Shown one piece after another: positions 16,952 through 25,798 of a stretch of 64,000 nucleotides of DNA. A program made the translations under genes and the position numbers. How positions within the stretch are numbered: position 1 is the first letter of the stretch; each line of letters begins with the position of its first letter. Under the pieces are notes generated by a model, which was not told where the DNA came from, did not search any database, and saw only the letters and a list, made by a program, of their open reading frames with translations. Origin of the DNA: an uncultured bacterium (lineage in GTDB: Bacteria > Hydrothermota > Tepidihabitantia > CAYHGV01); NCBI GenBank assembly GCA_964356135.1, contig CAYHGV010000001.1, positions 8,179 through 72,178 on the forward strand, written 5' to 3'.

Positions 16952-17389
16952 ATGAATAGACCAAATCTAAAAAACAGAGCTCACGACCGGCAGGACAGGG
17001 TCGCGGTCTGGAGGATTACGGTCGATGAGAAACTGTCCGAGGATTATATCCGGCTGTTAGTCAGTCCATTAGACTCCGGCGTAAAAGACTTTTCCGACGA
17101 GAAGGATAATTGGGGTAGAGAGACGATAATGTTTGTCCAGTCCGAAAATTACGCCCAGATAATGAAAATACCGGCAAAATTTTCTAAAAAGATTCTGTGG
17201 TCGGACTTATGGGAAGGGCAGGTCTTTCTTGCTGGCAGATTCCGAATCGTGGGTAATAAAAAAACACCAGTGAAGTTTAGGGTTGACTCAAAACAGCAAA
17301 ATTTTCTTTCAATTTATGAATTGGCGAAGAAACAGATGAAACGCATCTATTTCCGCACGCTCGAGGGGAAGAGTGATGTCCCGAGTTAG
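16952..17389 (+). CDS. Hypothetical 145-aa protein encoded immediately upstream of, and overlapping, the MBL-fold gene.
   Basis: ORF with a sigma70-like promoter upstream (TTGACA at 16884). It overlaps the next gene by 17 nt, which suggests translational coupling. No recognisable motif. Confidence 0.5.
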   Translation: MNRPNLKNRAHDRQDRVAVWRITVDEKLSEDYIRLLVSPLDSGVKDFSDEKDNWGRETIMFVQSENYAQIMKIPAKFSKKILWSDLWEGQVFLAGRFRIVGNKKTPVKFRVDSKQQNFLSIYELAKKQMKRIYFRTLEGKSDVPS

Positions 17390-18461
17390 AATTGAGCCCC
17401 AAGACTTGGTCATTCATATCCTCAATGTCGGTTTCGGTGATACGATCCTGATCGGATTTCCAGCTCAGAACCTGAGCGCGCGGGCATACGGCTTGGTCGA
17501 TTGTAACGATGCCCGGAAGACGCTCGGCTATTTAAATAATTTGATACCGAAGCCAACCGAGAGGAAGCATCTGGCGTTTGTCTGTGCCACCCACCCGCAT
17601 ATGGACCATATCAGCGGTATCCAGGAAGTGCTTAAAGACCCTACGTATAAACCGTCTGAGTTCTGGGACAGCGGTTTCCGGCATAATTCACTCACTTATC
17701 GGGATAGCTTACTTGCAGTTTCAAGTGAAGGGATTAAGATGATTCAGGTTTCTTCAGGAATGGAATGGTATTTTGGCAGTGTTCGGATAACGGTATTGTC
17801 GCCGTCGGTGGCGCTTCGTAACCGATATGCGACCTATGGTGTTGATATGAATAACGCTTCGGTCGTTCTCCGGCTTGAGCATCACAGCGATGATATTTTG
17901 CTCACGACCTCGAGAGAATATAGCGGTAAGGCAAGCGAGGCGGTGGAACGGAATGCCGGTCAGTCGGTCGTTATACTCGCGGGTGACGCAGAATTCGACA
18001 GTTGGGCACAGATAGCTCAGGATTTTCCCAGGCTCGAACGGACGAGCGGTCATGACCCGCTCGTGAAGAAGATGATTAACTACCTCGCATGTTCGGCGGT
18101 GAAGGTTGCACATCACGGCAGCATGCACAGCGCACCCCTCGATATATATGAAAAGATGAAGCCCCAAACCGCAATTATATCGACCAAACAGGAAGTTAGT
18201 ACGAAACGAGGAACGGAGCAGGACTTACGTCGAGGATTATTTCCTCATTCCGCAACTACCATTGCCTTAGAAGAGTGCGATGCTCGGGTATTGACGACCG
18301 ACGGTAGTCATGAAGGGGAAGAAATCGGCGGCAAAATGAGGGCGCAGGAATTGAGCCATGAGGGGAGTGTCATACTGGTGGTGCCGCCGGCAGGCAAACT
18401 GCGCTGGTGCAAGCTCAATGATAAAGCCGATGAGATTCCTGAGCCGCCGACCGAGGTCTAA
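17373..18461 (+). CDS. Metallo-beta-lactamase-fold hydrolase of the ComEC/Rec2 type.
   Basis: ILNVGFGDTILI...VDCNDA...ATHPHMDHISG (HxHxDH)...VKVAHHGS are characteristic of the ComEC-type MBL domain. There is no membrane domain. Confidence 0.75.
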   Translation: MMSRVRIEPQDLVIHILNVGFGDTILIGFPAQNLSARAYGLVDCNDARKTLGYLNNLIPKPTERKHLAFVCATHPHMDHISGIQEVLKDPTYKPSEFWDSGFRHNSLTYRDSLLAVSSEGIKMIQVSSGMEWYFGSVRITVLSPSVALRNRYATYGVDMNNASVVLRLEHHSDDILLTTSREYSGKASEAVERNAGQSVVILAGDAEFDSWAQIAQDFPRLERTSGHDPLVKKMINYLACSAVKVAHHGSMHSAPLDIYEKMKPQTAIISTKQEVSTKRGTEQDLRRGLFPHSATTIALEECDARVLTTDGSHEGEEIGGKMRAQELSHEGSVILVVPPAGKLRWCKLNDKADEIPEPPTEV

Positions 18462-18836
18462 ATATGGACTGCGACTCATTTATTTAGAGATTTGATTCCA
18501 CTTTTGCGAAAAAGTGAAACAGGGAAGCTGAAAGTACAGAGGGCGGTGATGTAGGATGGTTCAGCATCAGCGATTATTGTATCCTCCGCTACCGGAGCGA
18601 AATTCACCTAACCCAGGTATGGGGGTATTAGGTTTCCGAGTTTGATAATTTTGAGTAAGGTAGCGGTGCGCTCGGACTGCTACAGTCCGCTATCGCACAC
18701 AGTAAAAGCAAATCTTGGTTTTTTCTCTTTCGTTAGGCGGTGGGAACTCTTCCAGAAAGCTGTAGAAACAGGTCTTTTAGACTTGTAGATTGTTTTGGGT
18801 ATCGTTTGGCTTGACAAATCTCCGATTCAAGGGTAA

Positions 18837-19616
18837 ATGTTACCTATGGAGGCTGAAGTAAAAGCTCCAAAAGAAGAAAAAGAAAACTGGTCAGAGCAAG
18901 AACTCGTTGTCGCCTTTAATTTGTACTGCAAGCTTCCTTTTGGTCAGTATCATAAACACAATAAAAAGGTAATTGAAATTGCTAAAATTCTTGGAAGAAC
19001 ACCGAGTGCGGTTGCGCTAAAATTATGTAATTTTGCAAGACTCGACCCGGTTCATCAAAAGCGTGGTATCAGGGGAATGAAACACGGGAGCAAACTTGAT
19101 GAGAAAATCTGGAATGAATTCAATCAAAACTGGGGTGGACTTTCATATCAGAGTGAAATTGCACTTGCCCAATTAAAAGGTCTTAAACATTACGGTTTGA
19201 TAAAAGACACGGAGAAGTTTCCCCCAGGTAAAGAAAAAGAAGCACTTGTTAAGGCGAGGATAAATCAGAATTTTTTTCGTGAGATGATATTGGCAGGTTA
19301 CAGAAATAGGTGCGCGATATGTTCTTTACCTGAAGTAAATTTATTAGTGGCTAGCCATATTATACCATGGTCTGAGAATGCGGATTTACGAATGAATCCA
19401 AGAAACGGAATTTGTATGTGTGTTTTACATGATAAAGCTTTCGATAAGGGTTTAATCACGATCAATGGTGATTATAAATTATTACTTTCGAAAATACTCA
19501 AAAGACTTTCTAAAGAACCAGCTATTCAAAGGGGATTCATTTTTTACGAGAGTTTTAAAATAAGACTACCTGATAAATTTATTGAATTCCATCGAAATGA
19601 GGTATTTATCGGATGA
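18837..19616 (+). CDS. HNH endonuclease-domain protein (restriction-enzyme-like HNH_2 type) with an N-terminal domain of unknown function.
   Basis: C-terminal RCAICSL...LVASHIIPWS...NGICMCVLHDKAFDKG (Cys pair plus the H-N-H core). Confidence 0.7.
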   Translation: MLPMEAEVKAPKEEKENWSEQELVVAFNLYCKLPFGQYHKHNKKVIEIAKILGRTPSAVALKLCNFARLDPVHQKRGIRGMKHGSKLDEKIWNEFNQNWGGLSYQSEIALAQLKGLKHYGLIKDTEKFPPGKEKEALVKARINQNFFREMILAGYRNRCAICSLPEVNLLVASHIIPWSENADLRMNPRNGICMCVLHDKAFDKGLITINGDYKLLLSKILKRLSKEPAIQRGFIFYESFKIRLPDKFIEFHRNEVFIG

Positions 19617-19763
19617 TAATCAGTACTTAACAATTCGATGCTGATTGAAGAGGAAGATATGAGGCAAGGTGGTCTTGACGAGATGTTGTTTTTAATTACA
19701 CTTATATCTAAGGAAACAAGTAATGAATTCCTATGCCTGTCGAAATGATTTCAAAGGATTATT

Positions 19764-20771
19764 ATGACAAAATTTGAGGTTAACCTGAACGAGAAATTTG
19801 CTTTGATTGCTGTCAGTACGTATGTTGACCGTGAATTACCATCTGAAAGACAGTATGCTCATGACCTTTGGGCAGTAAAGCTGCTACCTATCGGTGTCGG
19901 TAATCTCTGGGAGAAATGGCTGGGAAGTATCCTGATGGATCGATTAAAAAAAAGCAGTTTGTTTTTTATTGCCAAAGGCCCTTCGACCAATCCGGAACTT
20001 CTTGATGGAGACAACAAGAAATATATGAATCGAGTTTTTAATTTTTATAGGGGTTTGTTACTAAGTGGATTTCATATCGTAGATTCACCTATTCAATTAA
20101 CAGGGGTCAATAATGACCAAATAATAGATGTCCGAGAGATTGGCGAGCTTCCGAATCCTCGTTCTATCAGTGGTGAACATAACCAAAATGTCGATTCCAT
20201 ACAACTTATAGATGCTGCAAAGGTTGCCGATGCCATCAGGGATTTGCCAGGTCGAGGGAAGCTCTCGCGGTTTAAACGGATTTTGAATGCCTTTTTAGGC
20301 GGTATTGAAAGTTATTATGTGGAAGACAAAATTCATCAATTCTGTCGATGTATCGAAGGTTTCATCTACCCAGAGGTAGGGAAGACAAAGAGCCGATTCT
20401 GTTCACGAACTGAGTTGTTTCTCGGCCCACGCAATCATACGCTGATGGATCATTTGTATGATATTCGCAGTGCGGTAGAGCATATGCATAACCCACTGGA
20501 TGCAATTAGTGGCAGAAGTGGGAAGGAAAAGCGTCTTCTACTGTTACAGCGAAGCATCGAGGCAGAAGCGGTCGCTCGCTATTGCATTCGTCATCTGTTG
20601 CTGAATCGAAATTTATGGCAATATTTTGAAAATGAAAGCACACTAAATGACTTTTGGAAGAATAAGACAAATGCTGAACGGCAAAATATTTGGGGTGAGC
20701 CGTTTGATATCGGTGCTGTCTCAACCGGGTTCGATCCTACTATTTATAATGATGCGGACCTTGGTTTTTAA
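19764..20771 (+). CDS. Hypothetical protein with an Rx4H motif (RSAVEH); possibly a HEPN-like abortive-infection or RNase-type effector.
   Basis: The ORF contains YDIRSAVEHMHN (Rx4H), lies between the HNH and methyltransferase genes, and has lower GC than the flanking core genes. Confidence 0.45.
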   Translation: MTKFEVNLNEKFALIAVSTYVDRELPSERQYAHDLWAVKLLPIGVGNLWEKWLGSILMDRLKKSSLFFIAKGPSTNPELLDGDNKKYMNRVFNFYRGLLLSGFHIVDSPIQLTGVNNDQIIDVREIGELPNPRSISGEHNQNVDSIQLIDAAKVADAIRDLPGRGKLSRFKRILNAFLGGIESYYVEDKIHQFCRCIEGFIYPEVGKTKSRFCSRTELFLGPRNHTLMDHLYDIRSAVEHMHNPLDAISGRSGKEKRLLLLQRSIEAEAVARYCIRHLLLNRNLWQYFENESTLNDFWKNKTNAERQNIWGEPFDIGAVSTGFDPTIYNDADLGF

Positions 20772-20836
20772 AGGGAGCTTAGTAGGTGAGGGTGAAGAGT
20801 AAATGGATAATTTTGTGAATATTGAATTTAATAGGA

Positions 20837-22120
20837 ATGAATACATTACATAAAATAATCATCGGGGATTCGAGGGTAATGAAAGAGGTGGTGGATGAGT
20901 CGGTTCATCTGATCGTTACCTCTCCGCCTTACTGGCAGCTTAAGGATTATGGCAATGGGAAGCAGATAGGGTTTAATGATACCTACGAGGAATATATCAA
21001 TAATCTCAATCTTGTCTGGAATGAATGCCATCGGGTTCTGCATAAGGGCTGTCGTTTGTGTGTGAATATCGGCGACCAATTTGCCCGTTCGGTTTATTAT
21101 GGAAGATATAAGGTTATTCCAATAAGAACTGAAATAATCAAGTTTTGCGAAACGGCCGGTTTTGATTATATGGGTGCAATCATCTGGCAGAAGGTGACGA
21201 CCTGTCACACTACCGGCGGAGCAACGGTGATGGGTTCTTTTCCTTATCCAAGAAGTGGAATTCTTAAGCTTGATTATGAGTTTATTTTAATTTTAAAAAA
21301 ATATGGGGGTGGTCCGAAAGTTGGCAAAGAAGTCAAAGAACAATCGAGGTTAACACAAGAGGAATGGAATCAGTATTTTACTGGCCACTGGAATTTTGCC
21401 GGTGAAAAGCAGGATAAACACCTGGCGATGTTCCCGGAAGAACTGCCGAGGCGGCTTATCAAGATGTTTAGCTTTGTCGGAGATACCGTTTTAGACCCAT
21501 TTCTCGGCAGCGGCACGACCTCTTTAGCTGCTAAAAAGCTGAATCGTAATTCTATCGGCTACGAAATAAACGGCAGTTTTCTCAAAGTCATTAAAGAAAA
21601 GTTGGAAATAAGGCAGGGGTTAATCTTTCAAAACTCTCAATCTGAGATAATCGAGCAAGCGAAGTCTAAAACAGATTTCGCTGAAAGGATAAAAAGACTG
21701 CCCTATATCTTTAAGGACCCGATTAAATTCGATAAAATGGTTGACCCAAGAAAGTTAAAATTTGGCTCAAAGATTGATAATACCCATGCTGAACGGGAAA
21801 AGTATTATACGGTTAAAGAGATTGTCAGCCCGGAAATACTGGTTTTAAGCAACGGTTTAAAAATCAGGTTGATTGGAATAAGAGCGAAATCGGCAAAGAA
21901 TGAAGAAGCGATTCAATTTTTAAGAGAAAAAACCCGAGGGCAAAGGGTATTTATGAGGTTCGACGCTGTCAAATATGACGATAAAAATAACTTGTTGTGT
22001 TATTTGTACTTATGGAATAAAACCTTCATAAATGCTCACCTGATTAAAAATGGTCTGGTTGATGTCGATACGACTTTTGACTATAAATATAAGGCAAAAT
22101 TTTTATCGAAAGGAATGTAA
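20837..22120 (+). CDS. Beta-class DNA methyltransferase (N4-cytosine or N6-adenine) with a C-terminal degenerate SNase/OB-like domain.
   Basis: Motif IV (IVTSPPY) precedes motif I (VLDPFLGSGTT), which gives the beta-class order. The C-terminal ~150 aa fit the thermonuclease fold pattern (KIRLIGI...VFMRFD...NAHLIKNGLVDVD) but lack the DGD and D-PE catalytic residues. The ORF track begins at TTG 20822. Confidence 0.8.
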   Translation: MNTLHKIIIGDSRVMKEVVDESVHLIVTSPPYWQLKDYGNGKQIGFNDTYEEYINNLNLVWNECHRVLHKGCRLCVNIGDQFARSVYYGRYKVIPIRTEIIKFCETAGFDYMGAIIWQKVTTCHTTGGATVMGSFPYPRSGILKLDYEFILILKKYGGGPKVGKEVKEQSRLTQEEWNQYFTGHWNFAGEKQDKHLAMFPEELPRRLIKMFSFVGDTVLDPFLGSGTTSLAAKKLNRNSIGYEINGSFLKVIKEKLEIRQGLIFQNSQSEIIEQAKSKTDFAERIKRLPYIFKDPIKFDKMVDPRKLKFGSKIDNTHAEREKYYTVKEIVSPEILVLSNGLKIRLIGIRAKSAKNEEAIQFLREKTRGQRVFMRFDAVKYDDKNNLLCYLYLWNKTFINAHLIKNGLVDVDTTFDYKYKAKFLSKGM

Positions 22121-22122
22121 TA

Positions 22123-22827
22123 ATGCCAAAGGAATGGATAAAAGGCGTTGAGGGCTGCGCTCTAAAGTTCAAAAGAGAGGGTTTGTTAAACGCTGCGATG
22201 AACCGTTGGGGTCTTAATAAGGCGCACAGCGTTGATACGACTTCAGAACTGATACGACAATGTTCTCCTCGATCTTTTGCAGAATGGGAAAGGTTTTATT
22301 TTAGCAATGCGAAACAAAAGAAGCGGGACGGGGTTAGGATTACAAAAAAATATTTGAAAGATTTAGGAAGGAAGCTCTATATTAAATTAACGGAAGTTGT
22401 TCAGAGTGAAATAGAATCTATTACAGAGGAAGAATGCATAGATTATGTTTTTAATCTTGTATTGAATCGAACATTTGAGGGTTATCGGTCTGAAATCCGG
22501 ACCGTTTATGGACAATTGCAGGATGCCTTGGGAGTCAGTGTCGAACCCGCTCCCGATGAGTGGGATCGGGGTTATAATGTGGATTTTTTCATTAAGGTTA
22601 AGGATAAATACATTGGCCTTCAGATCAAGCCCGCAGGATTCGCTTACATTCCGCAAATCATTAATGAATTGGGGTTTCAGAAAAAGACCCATGAAAAATT
22701 TATTGCTAAATATGGTGGTAAAGTATTCTATATAATTTCAGTCAAGGAGGGTAAACAGAAAAAAATCCATAATACCGAAGTTATTGAAAAAATTAGGAAA
22801 GAGATTCAGAGGTTGGAAAAATTATAA
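22123..22827 (+). CDS. Hypothetical protein; candidate PD-(D/E)xK-type restriction endonuclease partner of the adjacent methyltransferase.
   Basis: It begins 3 nt after the methyltransferase stop, is 234 aa, and contains GYNVDFFIKVKDKYIGLQIKP, which may be a D...K/ExK-like core. There is no firm family match. Confidence 0.4.
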   Translation: MPKEWIKGVEGCALKFKREGLLNAAMNRWGLNKAHSVDTTSELIRQCSPRSFAEWERFYFSNAKQKKRDGVRITKKYLKDLGRKLYIKLTEVVQSEIESITEEECIDYVFNLVLNRTFEGYRSEIRTVYGQLQDALGVSVEPAPDEWDRGYNVDFFIKVKDKYIGLQIKPAGFAYIPQIINELGFQKKTHEKFIAKYGGKVFYIISVKEGKQKKIHNTEVIEKIRKEIQRLEKL

Positions 22828-22892
22828 TATTACCACTTCGCTTAGGGAGGTATAGCGGGTTACAAAGCCCTCAACCAAAAGGAGGCTATTCT

Positions 22893-23768
22893 ATGGTCAG
22901 AATTAAGCTGGTAGCCGTTGTGCTAATTTTACTGCTCAATGCCGGGTTGTGTGCCAAGCCGGCTCAGGATATTTCGGTGATAACCAAGCAGTTGGAGAAA
23001 TACGACTTGACCGATGTCAATTCGATCGGGACGGCGCTGGAGTTTGTCAAGAGTACCATCAACCGGTTGTCGCCGGCAGACCGGGATTCGGCGTTTTTCG
23101 CATTCTCCACCTTTTACTATACGACCATGAATGAGTTTAATGAAAAACAACTCTGGAGTAACGATAGTCTTACGAATAAGCTCTATGCCGATACGCTCAA
23201 TACTGACCCGGCAGTAAAGGCGCTCAAGCAGAAACTGGCAGCCAACGGCCTCGGTCTCTATATGACCGAAGGCAATTACTATGTCGATGCCCTGCCCGAT
23301 TACCTGTACGATAACTTTTCGCGCTCGGTTTCTCCTTCGGTTAAGGAATTTCTTCGAATCAGAAAAGGCGAACTGGCAGCCGGTTTCTCGGAGGATGCCG
23401 GTCTGGTAATCAGTTTCGAGGAGTTGGGGAAACGGGTCATTGCCTGGGAAAATTTTATTGATACCTTCCCCGATTCCCCATTAGTCGGCGAAGCAAAATC
23501 GAACTGGGATTTATATCTGTCAACCTTGCTCTCGGGAATGGACAATTCGAGGATTTTTGATTTTGACAGCAACCAGTTGATACCGGCAGTAAAGCAAGTC
23601 TATAATACCTTCCTTGAGAAATATCCGCAAACCAGGAGCGGGAAATTAATAGCAAAATTCTATAACTTCCTGAAAGAAAATAATTTCGAATATTCGGAGG
23701 CGGTGGAGGAGTTTTATGAAACAAATAAAATCCATTCAATGTTAGGAGTCCAGCCGCCGACGCGATAG
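22893..23768 (+). CDS. Secreted hypothetical protein.
   Basis: N-terminal signal peptide (MVRIKLVAVVLILLLNAGLCA); 291 aa. Confidence 0.5.
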   Translation: MVRIKLVAVVLILLLNAGLCAKPAQDISVITKQLEKYDLTDVNSIGTALEFVKSTINRLSPADRDSAFFAFSTFYYTTMNEFNEKQLWSNDSLTNKLYADTLNTDPAVKALKQKLAANGLGLYMTEGNYYVDALPDYLYDNFSRSVSPSVKEFLRIRKGELAAGFSEDAGLVISFEELGKRVIAWENFIDTFPDSPLVGEAKSNWDLYLSTLLSGMDNSRIFDFDSNQLIPAVKQVYNTFLEKYPQTRSGKLIAKFYNFLKENNFEYSEAVEEFYETNKIHSMLGVQPPTR

Positions 23769-23995
23769 CCGGACAAATTTGAGTAAGAAAAAGATTTCAT
23801 CACGAAAGTTATGAAATCACGAAAACACGAAATTCGTAGAATAGAGCGACTGGAAGGAGCTCAAATTCGCCAAGAAGTATTGCTGATTTCGTGGTAATTT
23901 TTATACTCGTCAGGGCTGTCCTTGAGCACTTGACAATCGACTTTTAAAGGGCACAATGGATTAATGAAACCACAAATAAAAAATTTTAAGGAGGT

Positions 23996-24592
23996 ATGAA
24001 AATGAAACTACGGTTCATAACAGCTGCGCTCCTCTTGGTCGGTTTGGTTTTCTTCGCCGGCTGCGGCGGCAGCAAAGCAAAACAGGAACAGTCGGCAACA
24101 CCGAAACCGGAGATACTCGAGATGCCGGCGCAAACGATGGCGGTGGCTTACACGAAAGGCGACCCGAATATGGTCGCCGGGCAGGCAGCGGCGGCGCTTT
24201 ACGCCTCGGTTTCGGCTTTGAGCGGTGAGCTTAAAAAGAAAGGTATCGATTTCCCGGTCGGAGTTTTGCGTGCACGCTGGCCGGATGTCGCGGGTACACC
24301 GAAAGACCAGTGGACCGGTATCTGGGGGCTGCCGATTCCGGATGATGTCGATTCGATTCCCAAAAAAGTTCCGGGCGTGGATGTTACGATCGAACGGTGG
24401 AACTACGGCACGATCGCGCAGATTCTCCACATCGGGCCCTATGATGCTGAACCGGCTACGATCCAGCGGTTGATGGATTTTATTGCCAAATCGGGATACG
24501 AAATCGCAGGCAGTCACGAAGAAGAATATCTGACGCCACCCGGGGTTCCGGAACAAAAGACGATGATTCGGTATCCGGTCCGAAAGAAGTAG
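23996..24592 (+). CDS. Lipoprotein with a GyrI-like small-molecule-binding domain.
   Basis: AAGGAGG ribosome-binding site, lipobox FFAGCGG, and a C-terminal HIGPYDAEPATIQRLMDFIAKSGYEIAGSHEEEYLT stretch typical of the GyrI-like fold. Confidence 0.6.
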   Translation: MKMKLRFITAALLLVGLVFFAGCGGSKAKQEQSATPKPEILEMPAQTMAVAYTKGDPNMVAGQAAAALYASVSALSGELKKKGIDFPVGVLRARWPDVAGTPKDQWTGIWGLPIPDDVDSIPKKVPGVDVTIERWNYGTIAQILHIGPYDAEPATIQRLMDFIAKSGYEIAGSHEEEYLTPPGVPEQKTMIRYPVRKK

Positions 24593-24885
24593 GATAATGT
24601 AAACTCGAATCCAGACGTAACCACGAATGGGCACGAAGAGAAACGAAGTAACACGAACGCCTCGTTTCGAGGCGAAATATTAGACTTGAAATGCGAAGCA
24701 TAAGTGGAGTGAAACGATACCTGCAAAACCCGATATTGACTAAATAGGTGAAAAATAAAAAATATTTTTCTTTAATTCGCAATCATTCGAGTAATCTGTC
24801 ACTCGCCATACAGAGTGGCGGGTAAGGCGGACGTGGTTTTTTATCGCTGGATTGAGGGTAAATAATAATTAAGGAGGTGTTGAAT

Positions 24886-25203
24886 ATGGCTTTTAAAGTC
24901 GCTTTTATCGCTCATGCGCCGGATGCCGAGCCGGATAAGCACCGATGCGTGATCGAAACCGGGAAATATAAACTGACGGTGGTGGTCGTCTCGAGCCAGG
25001 CACAAGCGGTGCTGGTTTGTAAAAACCTCGTCCAAACCGAAGGTGTGCACTCAATTCTCCTCTGCCCGGGTTTTACCCACAACGATGTCGCCGAAATAGC
25101 GGCGGCGGTTGGACCGGACGTCGGGGTGACGGTCGCACGCGGCGATGGCCCGTCGAGCCGGGCAACGAGTGAAGTAATGAAACGCGAAGGGTGGTTTTCA
25201 TGA
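24886..25203 (+). CDS. Hypothetical 105-aa protein.
   Basis: AAGGAGG lies 8 nt upstream of the ATG at 24886. The stop overlaps the next start (ATGA). Confidence 0.45.
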   Translation: MAFKVAFIAHAPDAEPDKHRCVIETGKYKLTVVVVSSQAQAVLVCKNLVQTEGVHSILLCPGFTHNDVAEIAAAVGPDVGVTVARGDGPSSRATSEVMKREGWFS

Positions 25204-25766
25204 ACACTAAGAGAATCGTCGATTTTTTTGTTGCCGGCTCAGGATTGTTGCTGGGTATCGTTCTGGGTGCGGGCTGCATCGGCAGAGGACCCCAACCGGC
25301 TAAAATTCGAGAGCCGATGCCGGCGGATTATCCGACGAGAATTGATCAGTTCGTTCACAACGGCTGGAATTTTAAAATGGGGAAAACGGCTGCCGAAATC
25401 AAAAAGAATTTAGGTCGACCGCTTCTGTCTTCAAGAAGAGCAGTCGAAAATATTCACTACCCGGAACGGACCGATGAAATTTATGAATTGGGTTACAGCG
25501 GTCTCGCGGTGACGATCTATAGAGTAACCGAAACACAGAAAGAAATCATAACCGATGTTGCTGTTACCAGTGGTCGGTATCGTTTAAAATGGGGAATAAA
25601 GGTAGGTAGTCCAATCGAGGATATCCAGAAAAATTTCGGCTATCCGACCGAAGAGCACGAGGGTGTTATCAGCTATGAAACCGGTGAAGAGGCACCGAGC
25701 TCGGTCAGTTTCTTTTTTAGAAACGGCGTCGTCTATAAAATCAGCTGGAGTTTTTACATCGATTGA
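25200..25766 (+). CDS. Hypothetical lipoprotein.
   Basis: Signal peptide plus lipobox LGAGC; 188 aa. Confidence 0.5.
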   Translation: MNTKRIVDFFVAGSGLLLGIVLGAGCIGRGPQPAKIREPMPADYPTRIDQFVHNGWNFKMGKTAAEIKKNLGRPLLSSRRAVENIHYPERTDEIYELGYSGLAVTIYRVTETQKEIITDVAVTSGRYRLKWGIKVGSPIEDIQKNFGYPTEEHEGVISYETGEEAPSSVSFFFRNGVVYKISWSFYID

Positions 25767-25798
25767 TATCGAGCCGGTGGAAGGAGGGGAAACGCCTG

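Noticed and set aside
24008-24634. 208-aa minus-strand ORF fully overlapping the lipoprotein gene at 23996-24592
   Set aside because: The product is Arg/Cys-rich and low-complexity, with no motifs and no ribosome-binding site. The plus-strand gene has an AAGGAGG site, a lipobox and a recognisable GyrI-like domain, so the minus ORF is a shadow frame.
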